This document shows positions 23,256 to 35,438 of a stretch of DNA of 64,000 nt, in pieces. Source of the DNA: Paragordius varius. Lineage: Eukaryota > Animalia > Nematomorpha. The stretch lies in NCBI GenBank assembly GCA_964247055.1, contig OZ176052.1, positions 12,028,001 through 12,092,000 of the forward strand, written 5' to 3'. The translations under genes and the position numbers were made by a program. Every line of letters starts with the position of its first letter. Within the stretch, counting starts at the first letter, position 1. Below the pieces are notes generated by a model, which saw only the letters and a program-made list of their open reading frames with translations, was not told the origin of the DNA and searched no databases.

Positions 23256-26105
23256 ATGTTTATAATTTGCAAAACTTGTCAAAAACCCTATGATCAATGT
23301 AGTACTTGCTTAGTGCCATTTATGAATGAAGAAAATTCAAATTTCCAAACTTTCAATTTATCCCCAGAAAATGTTTCATCCCCTTCTCAACAGAACACAA
23401 TGAGTACATTTCATCCACCTTTCACAACCACCACCAATTCATCTCCAACTACCAATTATCAAGATGTTATTAATACAATTAACAATGAATCACCTAAAAC
23501 GATTCCAGACACCAAAGCTCACATGTTGAATTATTTAGATTCTAAAACCGGTCTATTTACAAACGTCACTCCGGTATGTAAATCCTTTTCGTTGCAAAAA
23601 TAATTGGGGATTTTATTTCAAACGAGTAATTAAATAATATGTTGATGGGTAATATAGAAAACGATTTTCTATGTCTTAAATATTATCGTCGGCTTTTTAT
23701 GGTAAAGCTTTATTAAAAGCAATTTTGTAGTAGTATTGTTTGTCAATATTAAACAGACCACAATAAAAAATATTGGCTCACTAACTTCAATGATAAATTT
23801 TAAAATTAATCCATAATTTTTTACATTAAATAAAATATTGGTGCATTTATTCACATATTTATTGGTAAGCTTAATATTCTCAGTTGACATTTATAAAAGA
23901 GATAATCTACAAACACTGTAAAATAAATGAAAAGATTTTATTTCGGGCTTCAACTCCTTTAAAAATTGCAGTAGTTTCTATAAGAATTTATAAAATATTA
24001 AAACCGCATCCGGGAGTCGGTGAATCTTACACAGTTTAAATTACAGAATGCAAACCGTCATAAATGTTTTTTATTCAATAATATTTATATAAAAGTTTTG
24101 TAGAAACTTGGGCTTATGTTTACATTTACGTATGAGTCATGGAAGTTGATAGCCAAATTATTTCCACACAGTTGAGGTGATATCATATCCTTTAAAAAAC
24201 AAAATTAAAATATCCGTAAAACTACCCTAATGCTAAGAAGAATAATAATTGTTAGAGAGAATCCATATACTTATAATACCGCTTTAATAAAGGTAACGAG
24301 AAGCAAAAATGATTTGTAAGCCGGAACGATTTAGTTATCGATTCCGCAACCCTATAAATCATATAATGTATCTGCTAACATAAGCCCAAATTTTTTAATT
24401 TTAACGATCCACATATTCGCATTACGCTAATCATACTAAAAATATTACTTCCCAGATACAATCGCCAATTACTTCAAATACTGACTTTAACGAAGTAGGA
24501 AATGAAAGCAATTCAGAAACAAGGTTATTGTCGAATACTCCGGAAATCAGTAAGTTGCAACAAGCATTTCCCTTTCTTTCTATACAGACATTACTCGGTA
24601 TGTGGCTTGATAATTATGTACAAGGTGGTAGTAATGAATCAACAAATAATTTAGCCAATAAATATCCGTACGAAAACGGAAATGGAGATAAAGAATACAT
24701 AGAGGGACAAAAGGAGCAGAAACCGCCAATTAAGTATAAACCGAATGACAGTTGGACAATCTACAGACCTAGTCCATTTGAGCCTTGGCAACAGACAAAA
24801 CCTGGCCCATGTATATTACAAGGAACCGCTATATCCACACAAAATAGAAAAAGTAAATTGACGTCGCTTAATTTTGAGGAGGTTTTACGCCAAGAAGCCC
24901 AGATTTGCCAACAGCTAGCGGAATATTCTCAACAAGTTTCACAAAACTTGCAATCCATATATGAGACATTTAATTATGAACGGTGTAGAGAACGCAATAT
25001 TGAAAAACAAATCGCCAAGCGGTTACTGAAAAAATATACCGGACTAAATGCGGATTCCCTCTCTGATCTCACTTCAAAACCCAAAAATAAAAGTTACAAA
25101 ATATTAGAAATCGTTTTCCCTTAGAAAACAACTTGATGAATGATAGATAATTAGTGTAACTTAAACTATTTTAGAAATTAGAAATGATAATTTAATTTTG
25201 AAACTTTCTTAAAATTTTTAAGGTGAAATTTATTTCTTTTATTATTTTGAAAAATTATGATATGAATGGATAAAAGTAATAATTTTAACTGATGGATTAT
25301 TATTGATGACCATCGTTTAAAAATAATTTTTGTTTCCTTTAAAGAACGAAGGCCATCTAAGACCGCTGATATCGTTAAACCCAAGAATGGAAGTAAAAAG
25401 CAAAGGGAGAAAAACATTTTATCAAAAGAAGATAAACCTAAAGTCTTTGCAACTAGTAGTGAATCTTCTTCTACCCCCTATCAAAATTGTAAGAAGGGAA
25501 TGAACAAACTTCTAACGGTTGAAAGTGAGAGTGATTTTACAGATTCATCTACATTAACACATACCCCACCGCCACTACTTCCCCCTCGTCAAGGTTCATT
25601 AATGAGTAAACCGTCTACTTCCACCACACCAATTAATACAAAACCGCCTTTCCTTCCACCCCGTCAAGGTTTAATGTTTAGACCGCCGTTGTCTCAGCCG
25701 AGATTTAGAGCTCCCGCTTTTTCCCCATCTACTGGTCTTCAAAATCCGACACCGCCTCCAAGATCGTTGAAACCACCAATGCCTCTACCGCCAAACTTTG
25801 CACAAGGACCGTCCGCATACATTAATAACCTATTTGGGGTTCCCGCTTTTTCTCCATCTAGTAATTTTCAAAAACCACCACCGCCCCCAAGACCTTTGAA
25901 ACCGCCTATGCCGCTACCGCCAAACTTTGCACCACCGCCCTCAAACATCAATAACCCAAGATTTGCTCAAGTACCACGTCACCGTCCACCCGCCCCGAAT
26001 GCAGAAACTCAAATAAATAACGAGACAAATTGTTGGAATTGTTGCAGTGCAGAGCTAATCTCAGTACCGAAAAATAGAAATAATGGCTTTGCCCCTGCCA
26101 AATGA
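23256..26105 (+). CDS. Orphan 571-aa protein, intact copy B: N-terminal CxxC-x7-CxxC, helical middle, basic patch, Pro-rich tail; exons 23256-23573, 24456-25092, 25345-26105
   Basis: Donor CCG|GTATGT to acceptor CCCAG|ATA (phase 0), then donor A|GTTAC to acceptor TTTAAAG|AA (phase 1). Exons total 318+637+761 = 1716 nt, an open frame with no internal stop. The same structure is present in copy C. Confidence 0.8.
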
Positions 26106-26649
26106 ACAGGCATGGGCATGGGAAATATTAAAAAAATTATTATCGTAAAACCCAATACCTATTAAATATTAAAAATATATAAAAACTAATATAATGTTTA
26201 TATGCTATGCGCAAATTAATAAATGCAAAATAAAAATAACGAAATAATTATTAATATGAATGAGTGTATAAAATATATTGACCAAATTAATTATATTACA
26301 ACACAATTTTAACTTTGAAGATGTGTTAAGCTATTGAATTGCGCTATATGGCAAATAAATTTGACTTAATATTAGTTTTAATTTCCTTAAACGACAAATA
26401 GTATTATTTCAGATTAAAAATCAAATTTCACCCAGAGAGAGTTCTAAACATTACTTGGTATTGTTTTAAACTTGATGGAAATAATTGCCTGATATAAAGT
26501 TGAGATGTATAAATATTAAATACCAGATGATATTGTAATGGTAAATGACGGATTGATTATGTTTTGTAATAACAGTTGTCAAACTTTCAATCAATTTTCT
26601 ATTTAAATTCCGATTATCATTATATTACGGATTTTACAACTGTTATTAA

Positions 26650-27218
26650 CACTTCGATTTAAATTAGGGTATCTAAATACCCCAGACTATTGAGTTATGA
26701 TTTTTAAACTACTAAAGGAAACGGTTCCAATTTAAATTTATGCTTCTATTCTAATAAAAATCATATAAATATGCCAACATATCTAAATAAAATTTTGTTT
26801 TAAAAAAAAGTTCCATGTCAAACTTTTTCGACGCCATTTTTATTTTACAAAAATTTTGCAAAATATCGTCTTCATTTATTTTAAGGGTAAAATTAAAGCT
26901 AATTTTATATTTAAACTACATTCAACATTGTTAGAAATAGAAAGAGCGGTTTACTTTGTATTATTTTTCAATTTTACCATTGCGCACATATCCGTTAACT
27001 AAATTTTTACCTTTCATTTTTAGCTTAAAATATGAAATATCAAGTATTTTTGAATAAAATTTTTTATATATTTCTGTTTATTAATGTGATATAAGTGCAA
27101 AATTTTGCACTGGCTTTGATTCCTTCCATATTTTTAAAGAATATTATTTTAAACAGGCCTGGGGTATTTAACTACCCCAATTCGCGCGGGACTAAAATGA
27201 ATGTGTTGTATCCAAGTG
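26650..27218. mobile_element. piggyBac-like MITE (empty of foldback)
   Basis: TTAA-CACTTCGATTTAAATTAGGGTATC ... TTGTATCCAAGTG-TTAG. Confidence 0.85.
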
Positions 27219-27710
27219 TTAGAGTCGATGTATAAAATACATTATGATAAAATTAAATTAATATATTAATATAATACTAAGGAATGTTTTCATCCAACAC
27301 CTTTTATTTTAAAATTTTTTTAATAAAATTTTCTTTTAAAAAATCGCATAGTGCCATTTACATTATAGCGCTTTGGGAGATTATGGGTGAACAAAACCCA
27401 ACTAATATGAGTTTTATTATTAGGAAAATTTTGATTTACACGCATCATACAATCAATAAATTTACCATCTAATATTACTTTTTGTATTTATAAGACTGTG
27501 CGACAAAAATGAGGATTAAAAATGCTATATTTATTAATAATGATAATTTAAAAGAAATATGCTTCAGAATTATGAATATCAAAAATAAATGCAGAACACA
27601 ATTTAGCGAAATAGCTACTTAATTTTTCTGCTATTCAAAATTAAAAAATCGCATTCTGCATATTAAATAAAACCGAGAAAACGTGACAACTAAATTTTAT
27701 TTATTATGTA

Positions 27711-28140
27711 TAGGGTTGTGCTTAACAAGTCAGGACCCGGTCAGCACCGGGTCAAGACGAGGTCAGTGACCAATTTTTTTTGACCATAGTCATTTAAAAA
27801 AGCAGCTGAGAAAAAGTGCTAGTAAATCTTTTTTGGAAGTATAGTAATTTATTATTTTGAATATTTTTTTTCAAAATATAAATTAAATATTTAAATATAC
27901 AGAATAATCGATATTTAAATATATTTAATAATATATTATTTGTTAAACATGCATTCTTATAACATTAGCATTAATCCTAGCGAATTCGAAAAATAAATCA
28001 ATCAAGCAGTTTGCAAAATAAGCAATTTCTCCATATATGGGAACCAATAAAATGTAACATATGAGAGTCATTAAATCTTCTAAAGTAATAAAATTGATAA
28101 GAATTCGAGACACTTAGAGCAAAAATATTATGTAGTATCT
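27711..28140. mobile_element. Partial hAT-type MITE (TAGGGTTGT family)
   Basis: Terminus TAGGGTTGTG with GGTCA/TGACC subterminal motifs; homologous to the complete copy at 52126-52808 and to 57320-57768. Inner boundary approximate. Confidence 0.7.
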
Positions 28141-28984
28141 GACTTTATCTTATATGACCGCGAATTCGAATCAAACTTTTTATGGAAATTTGTCATGTTT
28201 TAGTTTGAAACATCAGTGGTCAAATTGATAATTTAAGCATATTTAAAATATTAAATAGCTCATAATGTGTAAATCAGTACACTCATTTATTTTTTGGAAA
28301 ATTCTGGCAAGATATTTTTAAAATCATTCAAATAAGTCATTATTAATACAATAAAGATGATATCATCATATTTTAGGGAAATGATGTCGAAGACTTTATT
28401 TCATAGAAATAACTAACCATCGATCAAAAAATATTATGCAAAGTTTGATTTCATTTAAAAACCACAAAAACTACCATTTATTGCATAACAAACATAGATC
28501 ATAGAGTCTGATACAATATATATATATAAACATAGTATATATTTTCTTTTTCTTCGTGCTTTCGGAGATTTCGCAGGCTGGCTTTGAAAGGCATGAAATT
28601 GAATTGTCTCAATTTGTGCTGATATCAGTGCTACCGTTGATCCATCGGAGAATAAACCTTGTTTTACAAATATGATATAACAATAGCAATTACTCTTTAT
28701 GTGTTGCATGATTTAACAAGAAGGAAGTCGTTTATAAGCACAATTTACTGTTACCATCTTCTGCACATTGGTCATGAAATTCTAAATATATATAGAAAAG
28801 CACATAGGATTTAACGCACTTCTTTACTTGTTTTATTTTTGACCTCCCAATACTTTCCACCAATTTGTATGACACTTTATCGCAATAACAGCATTTCATT
28901 AATAATTAATAATCTTTTCCTTGTTAATTTAAAGGTGGTGTTAAATAATTTTCTAACGGAATCATTCTTTTCAGAAAGGGAGTT

Positions 28985-29640
28985 TATAAAAAAAGTAAAA
29001 CTTCATGATAATCGTTCATGTCCACGTTTTCTAGCCCCTTCTAATAGGCCTAATATGGTTCCTTTTGTATGTTATCGGCTCTCATCACTTGTTCGAAAAT
29101 CTTAGTTGCAAGGTATGATTTTTTAAATAGGGTCTCTTTTGTATATGTGCTAGTATTTTAACATTTGTTATCTTATGTTCCAATTGTATTCTGAGCATAT
29201 ATCTATGGATTCATAAATCTAATGCTTTTATTTTGCTTCAATCGGTTGAGGCTCCACGACTCACATAGTGCAATACTGGAAAAATTGTTTCTATCACACA
29301 GTGGAATTGTGAAATTTTTTGTTTTTAAGAATGGATCGAGTTTGATTGCATTTTTTGCCATTGCAACTCTCCTGATAATGTCCGTTGTAGAGGTGCCATT
29401 TATGTAAACATTTTGCTCTAAGCTAAGTTATGTTGGTTCTGAGCAAATATTTTCTCCCTATAATTGGCTTTATTTGTCATGTATGGCGTTTTCTTGGGGA
29501 TAATTTTAAGCCCTTTAAAAATCGCAGTGAGTCACTTTTGTTTTGGTAAGATTTGTTATGCCGTCAGCGAAACGCAAATTATTGGTATCGCCTACTATTT
29601 GATGCCCGCTGGTTATTCCATGATTATGATAATGTTTTCA
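28985..29640 (-). pseudogene. RTE-clade non-LTR retrotransposon remnant (RT core to C-terminus)
   Basis: TNNLRFADGI (~29560-29586), GLKIIPKKTPYM, DIIRRVAMAK, ESWSLN, MLRIQLEHKITNVKIL and LGLLEGARKRGHER across shifted frames. Confidence 0.85.
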
Positions 29641-29967
29641 GAATATAAGTTAAATTATAATTCATTTTTTAAATGTATCTAAGAATTTGAAGAATATACC
29701 CAAATAGCTGAACTTAAAGCCTATGTTTAATTAATATTCTATTTTACATAATATATTTTGCTTCAAAAGAGCATATAACATATTTTAACTAGGCTTCGAA
29801 CCGGAACCTCAAACCCGTTTCCACGGTTTCACCTCCAGAATAAGTGGTTCCATTTTGTTTTTATTTAAATTAATAAAATTTATTGTTTAATTATAACTAT
29901 TTGATTGTGTTAAATTTTCTTTTAATTCCCATCAAAATGGAATGACAACCATATTTTTAGTATTTAA

Positions 29968-30541
29968 CACTTTGATTCAAATTGGGGTATCTAAATACCC
30001 CAGACAATATTTAAGTTGAAATTTTAAAAAAACTACTCAAAGAAACGGTCCTAATTTAAATATATGCTTTTATCCTAATCAAAATTATATAAATAAGCCA
30101 AAATATCAAAATAAAATTTGGATTTGAGAAAAAAGTTCCATATCAAACTCTTTGGACGCCATTTTTATTTTACAACATTTTTGCAAAATATCGTGTTATT
30201 TGATTTTAAAGCTAAAATTAAATCTAATTTTTCATTTAAATCACATCTAACATTGATAGAAACAGAATGAGTGGCCTATTTTCTATTATTATTAAATTTA
30301 GCAAATGCACACATGTCATGTTGACTAAATTTTTACCTTGAACCTAAAAATAATTAATATCAAGTATTTTTCAATGAATTTTTTTATATATTTCGATTGA
30401 TTAATGTTGTATGAGGGCAAATTTTTTCCATGGTTTCAATGCATTCCATATTTTTTGAATTATAAATTTTAACCAGGCCTGGGGTATCCAACTACCCCAA
30501 TTTGAATCGAAGGACTGAATTGAATGTGTTGTTTCCAAGTG
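29968..30541. mobile_element. piggyBac-like MITE, dispersed copy
   Basis: TTAA at 29964-29967, then CACTTTGATTCAAATTGGGGTATCTAAATACCCC; right end GGGGTATCCAACTACCCC...GTTTCCAAGTG. The right TTAA is not preserved. Confidence 0.85.
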
Positions 30542-31964
30542 AACAAGATTTTTTCTAAAATAAAATCATATGATAACATTTTTTCTTGTCCGATTGAAAG
30601 GAAAATGTTGACGTATCTTAAACACTGAAGAGAGCCGCATAAATAATTATTTACGTTAATTTTTATAATCTATTGATTCAGAACATTAATCTAATATTTT
30701 TGGTAAAAACAATAGATACTTTGGAGCTGAAAAAAGGAAAATAAGATAAATTAATCTAGGTTCTGTTTTTTATATCTTTTTACATCTATAAATTTCAAGT
30801 GTCTACCTTAATATTACAATCCTTAAAAAACAAACCATAAACTATAGCGTCAATAATCTATTACCCATAACAGAAAAAATAAGCTACATTAGATATAGTG
30901 GCACTCAAACGTGGCCCACTGCCCGCATGAGGCGCTAAAATTTATTTTATTATGAAGGGTTAAGTTAGGGGTACCTATTGCCGCTTACAACACAATATTA
31001 TGTATAAATTTAATGTGAATTAGATAAAAAAACAACTTGCAATTTTATATAATGTCATGTTCTATTTAAGATATTGTTGATACTTTGATTTGTATTATTG
31101 TAAAAAATGTTTGAAAATTGCTAAATAAAAAATCAAGAACCTAAACGAATTGGTTCCTATAAATAACCGGCTGCGGAACCGTTAAATTTATAAAAACCAC
31201 CCCGGTTTTGGTTCCAAAATTCTAGTTTCTATTTTGAATTTTTAGGAACCAGACCAGTTCCGGTTCCAACCATCCCGATTCAGGGCCCTGTTTTATTTTC
31301 ATAGTCTCTCCATATGCCTGGTTCTGTTGGCATTTTTACATTTTGTGAATCGGTAAATTTATATTATCCGGTGAGTTAATCAAAAAATTTTAATATCCTC
31401 AATTTTGACATTTCTTGTTCAGATAAGGTAAAATATAAAAAAACCATTGGCCATGCGCATTTGATGAGTATTAGCAATAAAAGGTAGCTGCTGCAAAATC
31501 ATTCGTCTATAAAGATGAGTCGTCCTATAAACTAATATTTGTGATGGTTAAGGATATTTACCTAATTGTGTATTTTGCCCAATATCCTACTACAAGAGCT
31601 AACTAAAAAGCCCCTTTTTATCTGTCAAATATTTTAACATTTATTGGCCATGATTAAAATTAAAATGATTGACAAAATTCAGTTATATCTAAATGCAAAT
31701 ATTATTACTTATTATATATTATTATTTAGTATAATATATTTTTACACAACAAACTTTTCGGTCTCCGGATGCCCACATATTTAATAAATGATAGAATTAA
31801 TAAGTGAAATATTTAAATCAAACCCTAAAAATAATTTCTCAAAACAGACACAGAGAAAATTCTTTTAAATCTGCAAAAATGGTTATCATTGATTATGTGA
31901 CTTTGCGCTATAAGCTAAAATGTGATTCTTATTAATTAATAGCTATTTAGCCTATTTTGATATA

Positions 31965-32290
31965 TTATTTACACCTCATATTCGCTCTCTAGCATTTTAA
32001 ATACACACTTATCATATTGTTACCCTTAAACTTTATAAATTCCCCTTGTACATTTTAACCCTAAAAATTAATTGTGTTTTGGATATCAAAAATTATCCAA
32101 ATTTCATTTTTTTGATGCAATTTCGTTCAAATTAATGTAATACCGCGAAAAAGATTAACTATGCCTTAAAAAAATTTTCCTATCAATAATGAGTTAATTA
32201 GGGTGAATTTAAAATTTTTAAGGGTGAGTTTGTTCGAGGATGATATATGTTCAAGAATTAAATTGAAGAGATTAGGAGAAATTAGAGGAG
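31965..32290. repeat. Old, decayed member of the 21-bp foldback family
   Basis: Inverted arms rich in ACCCTTAAA / GGGTGAATTT with ~21-bp spacing; similar single decayed arms at ~1180-1290 and ~13955-14060. Approximate. Confidence 0.45.
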
Positions 32291-33017
32291 TCAATGGTTT
32301 AATAATTGCGACAACATGTTGAAGTAGTATAATTGGTTCTTTAAATAAGTCGATATTTTGATCTTTTAATTATTATAATATTAATCAGTTTTTATATACT
32401 TTGTGGCCAACCAAACGTTTCACCTAAACATGTATGATTTTGTTAATTAGGAAAATATGAGTATTTTGTGTTTAATAAAATTTATTTTTTGCGTAAAAAA
32501 TATTTATTCACATTCCTAATCCCGTTAAAAATAGCCTTAATAGCATTAAACATTAAAATAAGCAGTAAAATGTTAAATTTTATATGTTACTGAAGATTAA
32601 ATTATGTACTCAATAAATCATGTTAAAATTTGGCACTACTCTCGAAGAAATTTTTAACTGTGCTAAGAGGAGAGGCACACATTCCTTTTCATTCAAATGC
32701 AACATACATAAACTCAAAATCTATCAAACATCAAAAAAATGAAAACAAGTTGGTTTTTACACAAGCACATATAGCTACCAATTATTCTCATTAAAATATT
32801 TTTCGTTAATCTGAATTATGTAATAGAAATGGTAAGAAATTTACAAGTGGTGAATATAAGTTAAGCTAAACTATATCAAACTAAGGCTATCGAATAAACC
32901 GTCATTCTGCGAAATTTAAAACTATATTAACACGTAACTTTTTAGTTTGTTTTCTAAATTTAGCTATAACCTTGTATTGTTTTAACTGAGTTAATATATT
33001 TAATTTTTTATAATTAT

Positions 33018-33877
33018 ATGGATTCAATAATGTCTGACAATTTTTATAATTTTATGGGTGCTACTTTAAGCAATAATCAAATCAATTCCGTAACACAAGT
33101 GAATACGAAAGAAACTAAAATTCGACGCCCCATGAATGCTTTTATGGTATGGGCAAGAACCGAAAGAAGAATTTTAGCTGATGCCAATCCTGATTTACAT
33201 AACGCAGATCTCAGCAAAATTTTAGGTATTTAATTTATTATTGAACGTTTTAGGGAGAGCTTGGAAATCTTTGAGTAATGAACAAAAACAACCTTTTAGG
33301 GACGAAGCAGAAAGATTGAAATTGTTGCATATTTCTATGTTTCCAGATTATAAATATAGGCCGAAACGAAAAAAGACAGCACAAATAGGGAGAAATTGCT
33401 TGCAGAAAAAAATTTGTTTTGATGATAAAGTAATACATTTTAATTTAATGTTAGACACCTATAAACATTGCACAAGAATGTCCTAATTATTATCATATTG
33501 ACAATAATGTATCTAGCTCATATAATTTAATTTACGGTTCTTCAAATTACACTCACAACTTTTTGCCAGAAGGACCTGTAAATTACAATATATCACACAG
33601 TTTAGAGAAAAGTCCAATTAGTTTAACAAACACTCCTCCGCCTCCATATAGCACTGAAATTATCTATAATGCTAACCGAACCCCTATAGTGACAAATGCA
33701 ATGCAATTTTCTTGTTTGCCTAATTTTCAAAGTATAATCTCATCCTCAATTTATGAAAGTGAAATACATCTTCGAGATTCAACCCCATATTTTACCGAAT
33801 ATTTAACTGACAGTGATATTTTAAATCACAATTCTGGAGTGATATACGCAAATGCATTAAATTTGATGTATAATTAA
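33018..33877 (+). CDS. SoxF: SoxF-group HMG-box transcription factor, ~268 aa; exons 33018-33225, 33254-33429, 33455-33877
   Basis: HMG box [37 protein letters not shown]|RAWKSL...[10 protein letters not shown]. The [11 protein letters not shown] signature is SoxF-like. Introns of 28 and 25 nt restore one frame. Confidence 0.85.
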
Positions 33878-33904
33878 TAAATATATTTAATTTAAATTAT
33901 ATTT

Positions 33905-35147
33905 TTATAGTTTTTCTGGCATCAAGTCAAGGTCGACATACTCCGGTTTCTTGGATTTTTTAGACTCCTTATTTTTGCGGATTAATTTATAATTATATTC
34001 TTCTCCGTGGTGATTTTTCTCATTATTCGATCTTTTCCAATATTTGATTTTGGAATTCCAATCTCTCCATTTAGAAGTAGGAGTGGGGGTCAATTCAATC
34101 CATTTTCCTGTACTTTGAGAAATTTTAATGTCATCTTTACCACCAGATGATTGGATGTAAAATTTAGAGAGCTGAATTATTTGTGGCCAAACGGGTTGAG
34201 GTTGAGGAGTAGGTACAAATGTTTGGGCGGATGATGGCGCTACCCAAGATTTTTCTTTGGGTGTCGGTGAAACCCATGACTTAGCATAAAGAATCTTTTG
34301 CGACGGCAAAGGTGGGGGTGTTGTGCTAGGTTGCCAACCCCAACTTTTTACAGAACTGGGAGGTGCTTCACTTGAAGCAACATGCCAAGATTTAATAATT
34401 TTCGTGATTGGTATGTTTGTGGAAGGTGGTAGGCCACTAGATTGGGGACAAACTAATTTATTATATATGAGTACGGGAGGACATGGGCTTGGAGCGACCG
34501 TGGTGGAAACCGGTGTAGGAGGCGGAAATGTAGAAACTGTGGTCGACTGAGTTGTTGAAACGGTACTACTTACCCAGGATTTGACCCATTTCCCCGAAGC
34601 AGTTGACGAAGGCCATCCACCCTTATTCCAAGAAAGGGGAGCCGCAGTAACTGGGGATGCCCATCCCCAAGGCTGCTGATTCTTTATCCAAACATTGTTC
34701 CAAGGATTAACAGGTGCAGGGGTTTGAGGTGGAATAGTTACACTCCATGTGTCAATCTTTTTAATCCAATTGTTCCAGTCAGAATAGGGCCCTAAAATTA
34801 TTATTAATCTATACCACTTGGGTTGCTGTACCACCCTGGAATTCTTTTATTGCGTGATTCCCCTAAAATTAATTTAGAAATTACTTTTTTCAATTTTCGA
34901 TCCAGAAATAATTGCCGGTAAATACGCAATAAATTGCCCAAGCTTTTTGAAATCAGATTCATCTCGAATTATAATATTATATACCTTGTACCAAAGTTAA
35001 TAGAAGCTCATCGGGTATGTTATCAATTATCTGATCCAAAGATTCAAAATTTGTAAAATTTATTGGTGCCGCATCCAGCAAACGCAGCTTTGGATTAAAA
35101 TCCAAAATTTCCCAAAAACAGATTATTATAATAAATTTTATATACAT
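33905..35147 (-). CDS. Secreted Trp/Pro/Ser/Thr-rich preproprotein, ~391 aa, unknown family; introns 34963-34984, 34863-34884, 34792-34814
   Basis: Three GT-AG introns of 22, 22 and 23 nt join MYIKFIIIICFWEIL... to the 309-aa ORF in frame (1176 nt total). Hydrophobic N-terminus, RNKR site and repeated KSW motifs. Confidence 0.75.
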
Positions 35148-35438
35148 TTTAAGATAAAAATATATAAATGACATAAAACTGTGTCGTTATAAAATTTATA
35201 GGTCATTAGGTAAAGTCATTTAGCAAGGCTGAACGTCATAATAGTACTCTACTTTTTATACTAATAGAATAAATATATGATAAATATATTTATATTTAAT
35301 ATAATTTTTAATATACATTCAGCATTTAATAGCTTATTTAAAATGACAATGACCATTTAATAAGTTAATCTATCACTTTTATTTTTATATATTTCCATTA
35401 AATCAAATATATCATCACTAATAAGTTAGGTTAACGCT

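Larger units (their letters stand above)
1..27468 (+). repeat. Tandem segmental duplication of a ~13-14 kb cassette: unit A ~1-12763, unit B ~12764-27468
   Basis: The same ordered landmarks recur: 21-bp array, piggyBac MITE end (818/13584), second MITE (2837/15545), Helitron (6570/16557), mariner (8035/20733) and orphan gene (8974/23256). Units differ by insertions and a 1.6-kb deletion. Confidence 0.93.

Noticed and set aside
23669-23890. Minus-strand ORF MSTENIKLTNK in intron 1 of the orphan gene
   Set aside because: The frame is not preserved in copies A and C, and the composition is low-complexity AT.
25178-25417. Antisense ORFs MFFSLCFLLPFLG... (10899-11138, 25178-25417, 59940-60203)
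   Set aside because: They are the reverse frame of the Lys-rich start of exon 3 plus intron; conservation is explained by the sense gene and the duplication.
29790-31290. hAT-like element with AACCGG/GGAACC subterminal repeats around the piggyBac MITE
   Set aside because: The ends match only loosely and I found no 8-bp TSD.
33905-35147. Minicollagen assignment for the Pro-rich secreted protein
   Set aside because: No Gly-X-Y repeats and no six-Cys cysteine-rich domains.
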